A DNA stretch of 64,000 bases from Thermodesulfovibrionia bacterium (GTDB taxonomy: Bacteria > Nitrospirota > Thermodesulfovibrionia > UBA6902): NCBI GenBank assembly GCA_947259645.1, contig CAMYND010000001.1:11169-75168 (forward strand). Reading direction: 5' to 3'. A program made the position numbers and the translations under genes. Position 1 is the first letter of the stretch; the number at the start of each line of letters is the position of its first letter. The notes beneath the pieces are model-generated. The model did no database searches and was not told where the DNA came from. It was given only the letters and a program-made list of their open reading frames with translations. Of the stretch, positions 27,640-36,926 are shown piece after piece.

Positions 27640-30153
27640 ATGATTCACTGGCGGTTTATATACAGGCAGATTATCAGCTCAAAGAAGCAGGCATCAGTTT
27701 TTATTCTCTGTGTTGCCCTCTCGCTTGTTACGCTCGTTTCCCTGGGGAGCTTCAGCCGCAGCGTGCGTGAGTCAGCGCTCCGGGATGCCCGGGAACTGCA
27801 TTCTGCTGATATCATTATTTCGTCCCATTACCCCTTCTCATCATCCCTTGAAGGCGCCATAAAAAAATACGCAGATGAAAACCTCGTAACACGCGTCCGC
27901 GTTCATGAGTTTTACAGCATGGCCCTTGATCCCGCAGGCGGAGCATCGCTCCTGACCAACCTTAAGGTGGTGGAAAAGGGATATCCCTTCTATGGGACTG
28001 TAGAACTTGCATCAGGACGGAAGTTCAGTGACGTGATGAAAAAGAGCCATGTAATCGTTGAGCAGGGGCTTCTCGACCGTCTTCAGCTCACCACAGGATC
28101 TGTAATAAACATCGGGAAGGGAACACTCACGATTGCTGATATTGTTATCAGGGAACCGGGCAGACCGGTATCATTCTTTTCACTTGGTCCGCGAGTTTTT
28201 GTTTCAGCACAAGACCTGCAATCACTTGAGCTGATTGGAAAGGGAAGTAGAATTCACTACAGGTATCTGCTCAAGCTCTCTGATCCTGAGGCTCTTGACA
28301 AAGTTGCTGCTCAGCTCGCATCCGCCGCTCTTGAAGGCCAGGAACATGTTGAAACCTTTCAGACAGCTCAGTCAGGGATAAAAAAGTTCTTTGAAAATTT
28401 CCTCTTCTTTTTAAACCTGATCGGGATTTTTACGCTTTTGCTGGCAGGCATCGGAATTCAAACCGCGTTGACAGCGCTCCTGAGGGACAGCGAAATTACT
28501 ATTGCTATCATGAAGACGCTGGGCGCTGTGAGCAGATTTATCACGACTCACTTTTTTATCATGGTCATGGTTCTCGGTACAGCAGGGACCGTGACAGGGC
28601 TCTGTATCAGTTTTATCATCCAGCTCCTGTTCCCTGCCCTCTTTTCAGGGATACTCCCGGCATATGTAACACTCAGCATATCATGGGCAACAGTTTTTGA
28701 AGGCCTTGTCCTCGGCACGGTTGTTGTTGCTCTCTTTACCTTCCTCCCATTATGGCGCATAAAAGAGGTGCCTCCTGCCTTCATATTCAGGAAAGAGCAA
28801 AATCCACCGCACAGGGGACGTTCTCAGTATCTGATTGTCCTGATCATGTTAACCTTTTTTTGTACCCTCGTCATATGGCAGCTTGAAGATGCGGCCACAG
28901 GACTGTACTTTGTCCTTGGCCTGACCGCATTGATCAGCATTACTACAGTCCTGTCGCGGCTGCTGCTGGGCAGGTTAAAAAAATACAGCCCCTCTTCTCT
29001 GGCACTGCGGCAGGCAGTCAAAGGACTGCACAGACCCAGGAATGCCACGATGCCTGTCATTGTTACGCTCACCGCATCTCTGGCCCTTCTATTTTCTGTC
29101 TACCTGATAGAACAGAACCTTGATGCAACGTATATAACATCATATCCCCCGGATGTGCCGAACGTATATTTTCTGGACATTCAGCAGGACCAGGAAGAGG
29201 GATTTACCGCATTAGCCGGTAAGGAAACGCACTACTATCCCATTATAAGGGCCCGAATAACCGCTGTAAACGGCAAACCCATTAAGCGCGCTGAAGAGCT
29301 CCGGAAAAAAAGAGATAACCTTGCCCGTGAATTCAACCTCACCTACCGGAATTCCCTCCTGGAAGATGAGCAGATCATGGATGGGAAAAGTCTCTTTGAG
29401 GATGGTAGTGAGGACCTCTCCAAAGGCACGGTAGTTCCAGTATCTGTTCTTGATACATTTGCCGAATTAGCTCATATAAAAAGAGGTGACACTATACTCT
29501 TCAAAGTGCAGGGGATACCTCTGATGGCACGCGTAATGAGTATCAGGACCAGAACAGCATCAAAGGCACGCCCATTTTTCTACTTTGTCTTTCCCGAGGA
29601 AGTTCTTGCTGATGCGCCGCAAACCATTTTTGCGGCAACGCGCCTCAACAGGACAGAGCTGGCGGAGATGCAGAGAAGAACGGTCACGCTCTTTCCCAAT
29701 ATAAGCATTATCGATGTGAGCCAATCCCTGGATGTGCTTGCCAGAATAATGCATAAATTATCAGCGGTGATTCAGTTTTTTACCTCCTTTTCAATGATCG
29801 CCGGGCTGCTGATCATTATCAGTTCCATGATTGCGACTCAATTTGCCAGGATCCGGGAGGCGGTGTATTATAAAGTCCTCGGTGCCAGGAGGTCCTTCAT
29901 TTTAAAAGTCTTTGCCTATGAAAACCTGATAACAGGATTTATCTGTGCCGTGCTTGCAGTCGCGATTTCACAGATCGGGAGCTGGGTTGTCTGTATCAGG
30001 ATTTTCGAAATACCCTATAACCCGTTCCCAATGGGTACAGCAATCATGATGGCATTGACTATTATTCTGATTATTTCTGCAGGCATGGTTTCGTCCCGGG
30101 CCATCTTACAGCAGAAGCCCGCTGTTTTCCTCCGTCAGCAGACAGGGGAATAA
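27640..30153 (+). CDS. ABC transporter permease with two FtsX domains (YbbP-like)
   Basis: 837 aa, two 4-TM FtsX-type modules separated by large extracytoplasmic regions. Confidence 0.8.
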   Translation: MIHWRFIYRQIISSKKQASVFILCVALSLVTLVSLGSFSRSVRESALRDARELHSADIIISSHYPFSSSLEGAIKKYADENLVTRVRVHEFYSMALDPAGGASLLTNLKVVEKGYPFYGTVELASGRKFSDVMKKSHVIVEQGLLDRLQLTTGSVINIGKGTLTIADIVIREPGRPVSFFSLGPRVFVSAQDLQSLELIGKGSRIHYRYLLKLSDPEALDKVAAQLASAALEGQEHVETFQTAQSGIKKFFENFLFFLNLIGIFTLLLAGIGIQTALTALLRDSEITIAIMKTLGAVSRFITTHFFIMVMVLGTAGTVTGLCISFIIQLLFPALFSGILPAYVTLSISWATVFEGLVLGTVVVALFTFLPLWRIKEVPPAFIFRKEQNPPHRGRSQYLIVLIMLTFFCTLVIWQLEDAATGLYFVLGLTALISITTVLSRLLLGRLKKYSPSSLALRQAVKGLHRPRNATMPVIVTLTASLALLFSVYLIEQNLDATYITSYPPDVPNVYFLDIQQDQEEGFTALAGKETHYYPIIRARITAVNGKPIKRAEELRKKRDNLAREFNLTYRNSLLEDEQIMDGKSLFEDGSEDLSKGTVVPVSVLDTFAELAHIKRGDTILFKVQGIPLMARVMSIRTRTASKARPFFYFVFPEEVLADAPQTIFAATRLNRTELAEMQRRTVTLFPNISIIDVSQSLDVLARIMHKLSAVIQFFTSFSMIAGLLIIISSMIATQFARIREAVYYKVLGARRSFILKVFAYENLITGFICAVLAVAISQIGSWVVCIRIFEIPYNPFPMGTAIMMALTIILIISAGMVSSRAILQQKPAVFLRQQTGE

Positions 30154-30156
30154 ACA

Positions 30157-30879
30157 GTGGGGAGGAGCGTTATGAATATAATATTATGCCGGAGAACAAC
30201 ATGGGAAGAAAGGGTGATCTGTTTATGCCTCACCATGCTTTTTTTCCTGGCGGGCTGTGAAAATAAGCGGGAACCCCTGCCCGAAACAACGCCTGAGCAG
30301 ATTGTGTTTCAGGGCACCATCATCGCCGTAGGGGACAGCCTCACAGCCGGTTACGGTCTTGCAGAAGACGAGGCATACCCCGCTCTTCTCGAAAATAGGC
30401 TTCGCAGTGATGGTTACAATTACAGGATTATCAATGCGGGAATCAGCGGCGAGACCAGCAGCGGCACATTTGCAAGGATGAAATGGATCCTGGCACAGAG
30501 GCCGGACATTGTGATTCTGGAAACAGGGGCCAATGACGGCATGCGCGGCATTCAAACAGATTTGATCAAAGAGAATATCTCCCGCTCTGTACAGATACTG
30601 AAAGAGCATAATGTCAGCGTCATACTGGCGGGCATGCGCATGTTGACGAATCTCGGACCTGGTTACCGCAGTGCTTTTGCAGAGATATACCCTGAAGTGG
30701 CACGGGAGCAGGATGTTCTGCTTATTCCCTTCTTTCTCGAGGGCGTAGCAGGTGTACCTTCACTCAACCTGGCAGACACTATTCATCCAACAGCCGAAGG
30801 ATACAAAATCATTACGGAGTCGATCTACCCCTCTGTGCTTCAGGTTATCGGAGAAATTGAAAATAATCGCACCAGGTAA
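30157..30879 (+). CDS. SGNH/GDSL hydrolase (TesA-like arylesterase/lysophospholipase)
   Basis: GDSLTAGYGL block I, GANDG block III, DTIHP (DxxH) block V; lipoprotein-like N-terminus. Confidence 0.75.
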   Translation: MGRSVMNIILCRRTTWEERVICLCLTMLFFLAGCENKREPLPETTPEQIVFQGTIIAVGDSLTAGYGLAEDEAYPALLENRLRSDGYNYRIINAGISGETSSGTFARMKWILAQRPDIVILETGANDGMRGIQTDLIKENISRSVQILKEHNVSVILAGMRMLTNLGPGYRSAFAEIYPEVAREQDVLLIPFFLEGVAGVPSLNLADTIHPTAEGYKIITESIYPSVLQVIGEIENNRTR

Positions 30880-30990
30880 CCGGTTGAATTTATTGCTTTA
30901 CCGCCACATACGCAATTTATGCCGGTCAATGAGAAAGCTTTATATCCCTCCCCTGTAGGAAAGAACCTACACAATAATTCTTACATCTGC

Positions 30991-30999
30991 TGATATAAT
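30991..30999 (+). promoter_or_regulatory. Extended -10 promoter element (TGATATAAT) upstream of 31114 gene
   Basis: TGnTATAAT match ~115 nt upstream of ATG. Confidence 0.35.
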
Positions 31000-31113
31000 T
31001 TTTCTCTTTCATTGCATACAATGGAAGCATCAAGAGATCCGTCAAGGAACGCAGGAACTGATCCAGGTATCAATATTTCCAGTCTGCTGGAGAAGCACTA
31101 ACCCGTAAGGAGC

Positions 31114-32412
31114 GTGCCCATGCTTAAGATCGTTTCACCTTATTTCTCATCCCTGATCAAAAAGTTCCGCCCTGTTGTTCAGATTCCAGCTTCGGGAAAG
31201 ATCATCAGATCCAAATCTCAATTTGCACGGGTCCTCATTTTCACCTTTCTCTTTGCCTTCACTCTATTAACACCGCAAATCAGCTCAGGAACTGAACCTG
31301 TTGTCATCGGTGTTATGCATTGGGAAAAATTCACCTATTCAGAGATGATGAGAAACTCACTGGAGATGGCCCTGGATGATATTAATAAAGAGGGAGGGAT
31401 TAAAGGTAGGCCTCTAAAGCTTGTCTATGCAGATGACGGGGGAAATCGGGAGTCAGGGGAAAAAGCAATAAAAGCATTGGCAAAGAATTCCGGCGCTGTG
31501 ATGCTTGTAGGAGGGTATGCCAGCAGCAACACGATATATACGGCAGGGACTGCAAATAGCCTGGATATCCCCTTTCTCATATCCACTGCAGCAGATGACA
31601 GGATTACACAGAGAGCGTGGAGGAACGTGTACAGATTGAATCCTCCTGCAAAGGAATACGCAAAGGGCGTGGAAGAGCTCCTGCTGAAAAAAATCAAACC
31701 AAAGACCCTCTCCATCGTGTACGAAAACAGTCCCTACGGAACAGGGGGAGCCTTACAGATGATGTGGTTTTCCCGGGAGCACGATATCGAGATTCGAAAG
31801 ATCATTCCCTACCACAAGGAAAGAACAGGGGTGAAATATTACCAAAAACTTCTGGCACCACTGAAAGAAGATCCTCCAGACGCTATTTATATGGTTTCTT
31901 ACCTGAAGGATGCTGTCTCTATAGTCAGAACATTGAAGGAATTGAACATTGCTTCAGTCCTTGTGGGCGGGGCAGGCGGCTTTACATCTCCCAAATTCAG
32001 AGAAATGGCTGGTGATGCCGCTGATACCCTTCTGACAGCAACGCTCTGGACACCTAATCTTCCCTACGCAGGAACGAAAGAATATTACGACAGATATCTC
32101 AAAAAGTTTGGTATTGAACCGGATTACCATGGAGCAGAAGCATACTCTGTACTTATTGTTGCTGCAGATGCCTTAAATCGGGCCACAACATTACGCCCTG
32201 AACATATTCGTGCCGCACTGGATAAGACTGACATAACAACGCCCTTCGGGCCTGTTCAATTCAGATCATATGGAAAATTCACACGCCAGAACAGCTTTCC
32301 CACGATGGTGCTCCAGATCATAAATAACAGATATGAGTCTGTATGGCCCGGGTCAGTAGCGACCGCACGGTTTATGCCGTCGTCAAAGGGGAAAATCAGC
32401 GAAAAAAAGTAA
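31114..32412 (+). CDS. Periplasmic solute-binding protein (type 1 PBP, LivK/branched-chain amino-acid-like)
   Basis: 432 aa, signal/TM then PBP1-type sequence; AAGGAG RBS. Confidence 0.65.
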   Translation: MPMLKIVSPYFSSLIKKFRPVVQIPASGKIIRSKSQFARVLIFTFLFAFTLLTPQISSGTEPVVIGVMHWEKFTYSEMMRNSLEMALDDINKEGGIKGRPLKLVYADDGGNRESGEKAIKALAKNSGAVMLVGGYASSNTIYTAGTANSLDIPFLISTAADDRITQRAWRNVYRLNPPAKEYAKGVEELLLKKIKPKTLSIVYENSPYGTGGALQMMWFSREHDIEIRKIIPYHKERTGVKYYQKLLAPLKEDPPDAIYMVSYLKDAVSIVRTLKELNIASVLVGGAGGFTSPKFREMAGDAADTLLTATLWTPNLPYAGTKEYYDRYLKKFGIEPDYHGAEAYSVLIVAADALNRATTLRPEHIRAALDKTDITTPFGPVQFRSYGKFTRQNSFPTMVLQIINNRYESVWPGSVATARFMPSSKGKISEKK

Positions 32413-32438
32413 CTGCCAGACAAACGGCGTTAAAAATG

Positions 32439-32460
32439 TGAAACATGCAGTTCTGTTTCA
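32439..32460. promoter_or_regulatory. Palindrome TGAAACA-N8-TGTTTCA (terminator-like hairpin or operator) between SBP gene and TAXI gene
   Basis: 7-bp perfect inverted repeat with 8-nt spacer 26 nt after stop of 31114-32412. Confidence 0.3.
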
Positions 32461-32591
32461 TACGTCAACTATAAAAAAAGAAAGGGGGGGTAAACGGTCA
32501 GATGAGCAGGAATGAATGGTTTATACGACAAGGGTTCCTGCACAACACGTATTGTTGAAAACACAATACTATTTAAAAAGGAGATGAAAAC

Positions 32592-33563
32592 ATGAAAAAC
32601 AAAGCATTTGCAGTAATTGCCGTATGCTGTGCCTTTCTCATGGTCGCGATTGCCTTTCCTGTTGACTCCCAGGCCAAACACAGGATCGTCTTTGGCGGCG
32701 GACCAGCAGGCGGGACATTCCAGGTAGTTGCAAACGCTGTACAGACCTATAAGCCGGTCAAAAATGTAGAAACATTCACCGTAAAGGCACAGTCATCTGC
32801 CGGATCTGTGGAAAACCTGAGAAAAGCAAACTCAGGCAAACACGATTTCTCCGTTGTCTATTCAGGACATGTATACCTGGGAAGAAACGGAATGATGAAA
32901 AATGATTCAAAGAAGTACGAAGATGTTATGGCAGTCGCTTACCTCTACGGAGCACCAGCGCAACTCGTCGTTAAAAAAGGATCAGGGATCAAGAGCGCCA
33001 AAGACCTTGTCGGCAAGAAAGTCGGCGTCGGCAATGCCGGTTCCGGTGCTTTTGCAAACTGTGAAATGTTCTTTACCCACCTCGGAGTCTGGGACAAAAT
33101 TGAAAGAAATGCCATGGGCTATAATGATGCGGCCCAGGCATTTGGGAACAACCAGCTGGACGCATTCTGGCTCTTCACGGCATTCCCGAGCGGTGCGGTC
33201 ATCATGGCGGCGCAGACCAATGACATTGCCCTTATCAACATCGGGAAAGATGCTGAAGAGAGCGGATATTTCAAGAAATATCCCTATTTCGGAAAACTCA
33301 CTGTTCCTGCCGGTACCTACAAAGGTGTTGACACTGATACGCCGTCATTCTTTGACTCCACTCTGTGGGTAGCGAATAAGAAAGTACCTGCTGATGTTGT
33401 GTACGAAATTCTATCGCTGATATACACCGATGAAGGTCTGGCTCACATGGTAAGCCAGAAAAAGACCTTTAAGGCAATGAGTGTCAAGGATGGCGTCAAA
33501 GGTATTGTCACCCCTCTTCATCCCGGCGCAATCAAGTTCTGGAAAGAAAAAGGAGTGATGTAA
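32592..33563 (+). CDS. TRAP transporter solute receptor, TAXI family
   Basis: 323 aa, signal peptide, GGGPAGGTFQVVANA...ENLRKANSGKHDF pattern typical of TAXI receptors. Confidence 0.7.
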   Translation: MKNKAFAVIAVCCAFLMVAIAFPVDSQAKHRIVFGGGPAGGTFQVVANAVQTYKPVKNVETFTVKAQSSAGSVENLRKANSGKHDFSVVYSGHVYLGRNGMMKNDSKKYEDVMAVAYLYGAPAQLVVKKGSGIKSAKDLVGKKVGVGNAGSGAFANCEMFFTHLGVWDKIERNAMGYNDAAQAFGNNQLDAFWLFTAFPSGAVIMAAQTNDIALINIGKDAEESGYFKKYPYFGKLTVPAGTYKGVDTDTPSFFDSTLWVANKKVPADVVYEILSLIYTDEGLAHMVSQKKTFKAMSVKDGVKGIVTPLHPGAIKFWKEKGVM

Positions 33564-33575
33564 CAATAACCGTAG

Positions 33576-33596
33576 GGGCGGGTTTCAAACCCGCCC
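33576..33596 (+). other. Intercistronic hairpin (GGGCGGG-uuucaaa-CCCGCCC) between TAXI receptor and permease genes
   Basis: 7-bp GC-rich stem 13 nt after stop of receptor gene; typical differential-expression attenuator position. Confidence 0.4.
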
Positions 33597-33616
33597 TTAT
33601 AGACTGAAGGGGAAAT

Positions 33617-35335
33617 ATGTACGATAAATTAAACAAAATCGAGAAATATATATTTGATGCCTGTTCCCTAATCCTTGTTCTTTTTTACTCCTATTCCGCT
33701 GTGCTGCAGCCGGCATCAACTCAGTATCACAGGGGAATCTATGTTGTCATAACCTATGTGCTTGTTTTTTTACTCTATCAATCAAAGTCCCGTATCATGA
33801 GGGCCGTAGACTATGTGCTGATGCTGCTTTCTATCGCGAGTATCGGATACTGGATATTAAATTTTGAAACTATAAACTATCGCACCGGTGCAGAAACACA
33901 GATTGACATGGCAATGGCCATGATCGGTGTCCTTATAGGCATTGAACTGGCCAGAAGAGTGGTTGGAACCGTTTTTGTAATAATGGGAACGGTGCTGCTG
34001 TTATATGGTGTCTATGGTGATTATATGCCTGAACTGATCTCTCATGCAGGTGACACATTCCCGGAATTATGCGTCAGCATATTCTATAAGAGCGACGGTA
34101 TATTCGGTATCATGGCCAATGTCCTGGCAACCTATGTGCTTCTTTTTGTTATATTCGGGGCTTTTCTTGAAAAGTGCGGCGCCGAGAAATTTTTCATCGA
34201 TTGGCCCCTGGCCGCAGTCGGTCATAAAACCGGAGGCCCGGGTAAGGTGGCCGTTATCGCAAGCGGCCTTTTCGGGTCCATATCAGGGAGCGCGATCGCA
34301 AACACAGTTTCCACTGGTGCCTTTACCATTCCAATGATGAAGAAGGCAGGTTTCAAACCACACGTAGCCGGAGCAATTGAACCGGCTGCGTCCATCGGCG
34401 GAATGTTTATGCCGCCGATTATGGGAGCCGGCGGATTTATCATGGCGGAACTGACGGGCTTACCTTATTCGAAAATAATGCTTGTTGCCATATTCCCCGC
34501 TATCATGTATTTCTACAGCGTCTACCTGATGGTTCATTTTTACGCTAAAAAGAATAATATTGTAGGTGAAAAATCAGAACACAGCGCCATGGAGATATTA
34601 AAAAAAGAATGGTTCTATGCACTGCCGCTTATTGTAATAACCATTTTTATGCTGACCGGATATTCTCCTGCTTATTCAGCAATTCTGGGCATTGTTGCCT
34701 GCCTGGTTATCAGCTGGTTCAGGAAAGAGACACGCATTGGTCCTAAAGAATTCCTGGAAGCGTCCAGGGCCGGCACAGAAAGCAGCCTCAAGATCGGAGC
34801 CGTAGTAGGGGTTATCGGCATTATCATTGGTGTGCTCACTTACAGCGGACTGATGCTTACTATTGCGGACATCATGATCGAGCTTGCAGCCGGGAGACTG
34901 TTCCTGACTATTATACTGATCGCTCTCGCTTCTCTCGTCCTCGGGATGGGGGTCCCTGTTACAGCCGCATACCTCATTACCGCTGTCGTCGCCGTACCGG
35001 CGCTAACCCATCTTGGCGTCAATGAAATTGCTGCTCACATGATCGTTTACTGGCTATCACAGGATTCTAATATTACCCCGCCTGTATGCATTGCTGCCTT
35101 TGCCGGCGCAACCATCGCAAAGGCCAATATGTGGAGGACCGCGTTCTCAGCCTTTAAATTTGCAAAATTCCTGTACCTGGGCGCGTTCCTGTTCGGATAT
35201 GTCCCGGGCTTTACTTTGAACGGCAGTACTTTGGACATTGTGAAGTCATTTATTCTCATCATAATCGGCACCTATGGCTACACCTGGCTTATGAGCGGCA
35301 TCTGGATGAAACACTTTAAAAAATCAGCAGCGTAA
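33617..35335 (+). CDS. TRAP transporter fused 4TM/12TM permease (TAXI-associated)
   Basis: 572-aa polytopic protein immediately downstream of TAXI receptor. Confidence 0.7.
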   Translation: MYDKLNKIEKYIFDACSLILVLFYSYSAVLQPASTQYHRGIYVVITYVLVFLLYQSKSRIMRAVDYVLMLLSIASIGYWILNFETINYRTGAETQIDMAMAMIGVLIGIELARRVVGTVFVIMGTVLLLYGVYGDYMPELISHAGDTFPELCVSIFYKSDGIFGIMANVLATYVLLFVIFGAFLEKCGAEKFFIDWPLAAVGHKTGGPGKVAVIASGLFGSISGSAIANTVSTGAFTIPMMKKAGFKPHVAGAIEPAASIGGMFMPPIMGAGGFIMAELTGLPYSKIMLVAIFPAIMYFYSVYLMVHFYAKKNNIVGEKSEHSAMEILKKEWFYALPLIVITIFMLTGYSPAYSAILGIVACLVISWFRKETRIGPKEFLEASRAGTESSLKIGAVVGVIGIIIGVLTYSGLMLTIADIMIELAAGRLFLTIILIALASLVLGMGVPVTAAYLITAVVAVPALTHLGVNEIAAHMIVYWLSQDSNITPPVCIAAFAGATIAKANMWRTAFSAFKFAKFLYLGAFLFGYVPGFTLNGSTLDIVKSFILIIIGTYGYTWLMSGIWMKHFKKSAA

Positions 35336-35342
35336 TAAATAC

Positions 35343-35370
35343 GTAAGGGCATGGCATGCCATGCCCCTAC
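35343..35370. repeat. Palindromic element copy (GTAAGGGCATGGCATGCCATGCCCCTAC), intergenic between TRAP permease and usp
   Basis: Identical to the cobQ copy. Confidence 0.75.
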
Positions 35371-35389
35371 ACGGATAAAGGACACTAAA

Positions 35390-35941
35390 ATGACAAAAAA
35401 AGTTTCTGAAACAGTACCAAAAATTGAATACAAAAAAATACTGTATACAACAGATCTTTCTGAAAGTGGAAGGCATGCCTTCCAACACGCGGCAAGTCTT
35501 ACCAACTGCTATGGAGCGGACCTGTCGGTTATCCATGTTGTTGAAGGCGGCCCTGAACTGGACAAACGTCTTTTCAGTTACGTGGATGAAAAGCTCTGGG
35601 AGGAGATTAAGACCCAAAATTTACAAGAAGCACGAGACGTCCTGGTCCGCCGTAGGAGAGACAATGCTGCCATCAAGGAGTGCATCGGCCAATTCTGCGA
35701 AGAGCTGCAGGGAAAAATGACAGATCAGCCTGATGTTTCCTATAGCATTGTGGTAAAGATGGGAGACCCGGTCAGTCTGATTATCGAAGAATCTGAGGCA
35801 GGCAACTATGACCTTATTGTCATGGGCTTCCACGGTCACGGTCCACTCATGGCAGCAATGATGGGAGACACCGTCCTCCGGGTTGTGAAGCGATCGAAGG
35901 TCCCTGTTCTGGTTGTCAGGGTCCCGGAGAGTGATCATTAA
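35390..35941 (+). CDS. Universal stress protein (UspA family)
   Basis: ILYTTDLSESGRHAFQHAASL...LIVMGFHGHG...VLRVVKRSKVPVLVV typical Usp motifs; start at Met 35390 after the intergenic palindrome. Confidence 0.75.
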   Translation: MTKKVSETVPKIEYKKILYTTDLSESGRHAFQHAASLTNCYGADLSVIHVVEGGPELDKRLFSYVDEKLWEEIKTQNLQEARDVLVRRRRDNAAIKECIGQFCEELQGKMTDQPDVSYSIVVKMGDPVSLIIEESEAGNYDLIVMGFHGHGPLMAAMMGDTVLRVVKRSKVPVLVVRVPESDH

Positions 35942-35949
35942 AATCAATG

Positions 35950-35977
35950 GTAGGGGCGCAGCATGCTACGCCCCTAC
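35950..35977. repeat. Palindromic element variant (GTAGGGGCGCAGCATGCTACGCCCCTAC), intergenic between usp and FAH gene
   Basis: Same GTAGGGG...CCCCTAC termini, different palindromic core (GCAGCATGCT). Confidence 0.6.
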
Positions 35978-36022
35978 TGGCCATTGCTCCACCATAACCG
36001 TTCATATAGAGATTCAGCCACT

Positions 36023-36913
36023 ATGAAACTCATCCGTTTTGGCGAACCCCATAAAGAAAAGCCGGGAATAATTATGGAAGACGGAAAGAAGTATGATGTT
36101 TCTTCTTTCGGTGAAGATTATGATGAAAGTTTTTTTGAGACAAATGGTTCTGAACGGCTCAAGACATGGGTGCAAAGGAATGCTCAAGCAGGGGCATGGC
36201 ATGCCATGCCCTTACTCCAGGAAGTGGATTCATTTCGATTAGGACCTCCGGTCTGTCGTCCAGGGAACATAGTATGTATCGGTTTTAACTATATGGACCA
36301 TGCCCGCGAAACAGGCAAACAAGTGCCTCAAGAACCGATTTTCTTCCTGAAATCAACTTCTGCATTTTCAGGGCCGAACGACAATGTGAGGATCCCGCGT
36401 TCAAGCGAAAAAACCGATTGGGAAGTTGAGCTGGCAGTCGTAATCAGTAAAAAAACTTCGTACATAGAGCAGGATAATGCCCTTGACCATATCGCCGGCT
36501 TTGTTTTGGCGAATGACTACTCTGAAAGAGAGTTCCAGTTTAACAGAGGCGGCCAGTGGGTAAAGGGAAAAAGCGCAGACACCTTTGCTCCTCTCGGGCC
36601 CTTTCTGGCAACTCCTGACGAAATCAGGGATTACCGGGACCTGAGAATGTGGCTGAAGGTAAACGGTGTTAAAAAACAGGAAAGTAATACAGCGAATATG
36701 CATCATGATATTCCGACCATTATTTCCAGTGTCAGCCAGTATATGACTCTCTTGCCCGGAGATGTTATCTGCACTGGCACGCCTGCAGGGGTCGGGCATG
36801 GCAGGACTCCACCTGAATACCTGAAGGAAGGAGATCGTATTGAGTACGGCATTGAGCTTCTTGGGGAGGCTGCTCAAAGAGTAGTCAGGTGGGATGAGGC
36901 CGTCAATGTTTAG
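36023..36913 (+). CDS. Fumarylacetoacetate hydrolase (FAH) family protein (hydratase/decarboxylase-like)
   Basis: MKLIRFGEP...GKIVCIGFNYMDHARE...EVELAVVI motifs of FAH family; contains in-frame palindrome insertion (QAGAWHAMPLL) at 36188-36215. Confidence 0.7.
   Translation: MKLIRFGEPHKEKPGIIMEDGKKYDVSSFGEDYDESFFETNGSERLKTWVQRNAQAGAWHAMPLLQEVDSFRLGPPVCRPGNIVCIGFNYMDHARETGKQVPQEPIFFLKSTSAFSGPNDNVRIPRSSEKTDWEVELAVVISKKTSYIEQDNALDHIAGFVLANDYSEREFQFNRGGQWVKGKSADTFAPLGPFLATPDEIRDYRDLRMWLKVNGVKKQESNTANMHHDIPTIISSVSQYMTLLPGDVICTGTPAGVGHGRTPPEYLKEGDRIEYGIELLGEAAQRVVRWDEAVNV
36188..36215. repeat. Palindromic element copy (GCAGGGGCATGGCATGCCATGCCCTTAC) in-frame inside FAH-family gene
   Basis: Encodes AGAWHAMPLL insertion. 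Confidence 0.7.
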
Positions 36914-36926
36914 GAGGATATAGCTC

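Noticed and set aside
35467-35482. 16-nt perfect palindrome GGAAGGCATGCCTTCC inside the usp gene
   Set aside because: It shares only the GGCATGCC core. The encoded SESGRHAFQ fits native Usp sequence, so it is likely coincidental or an ancient decayed copy; not counted in the family.
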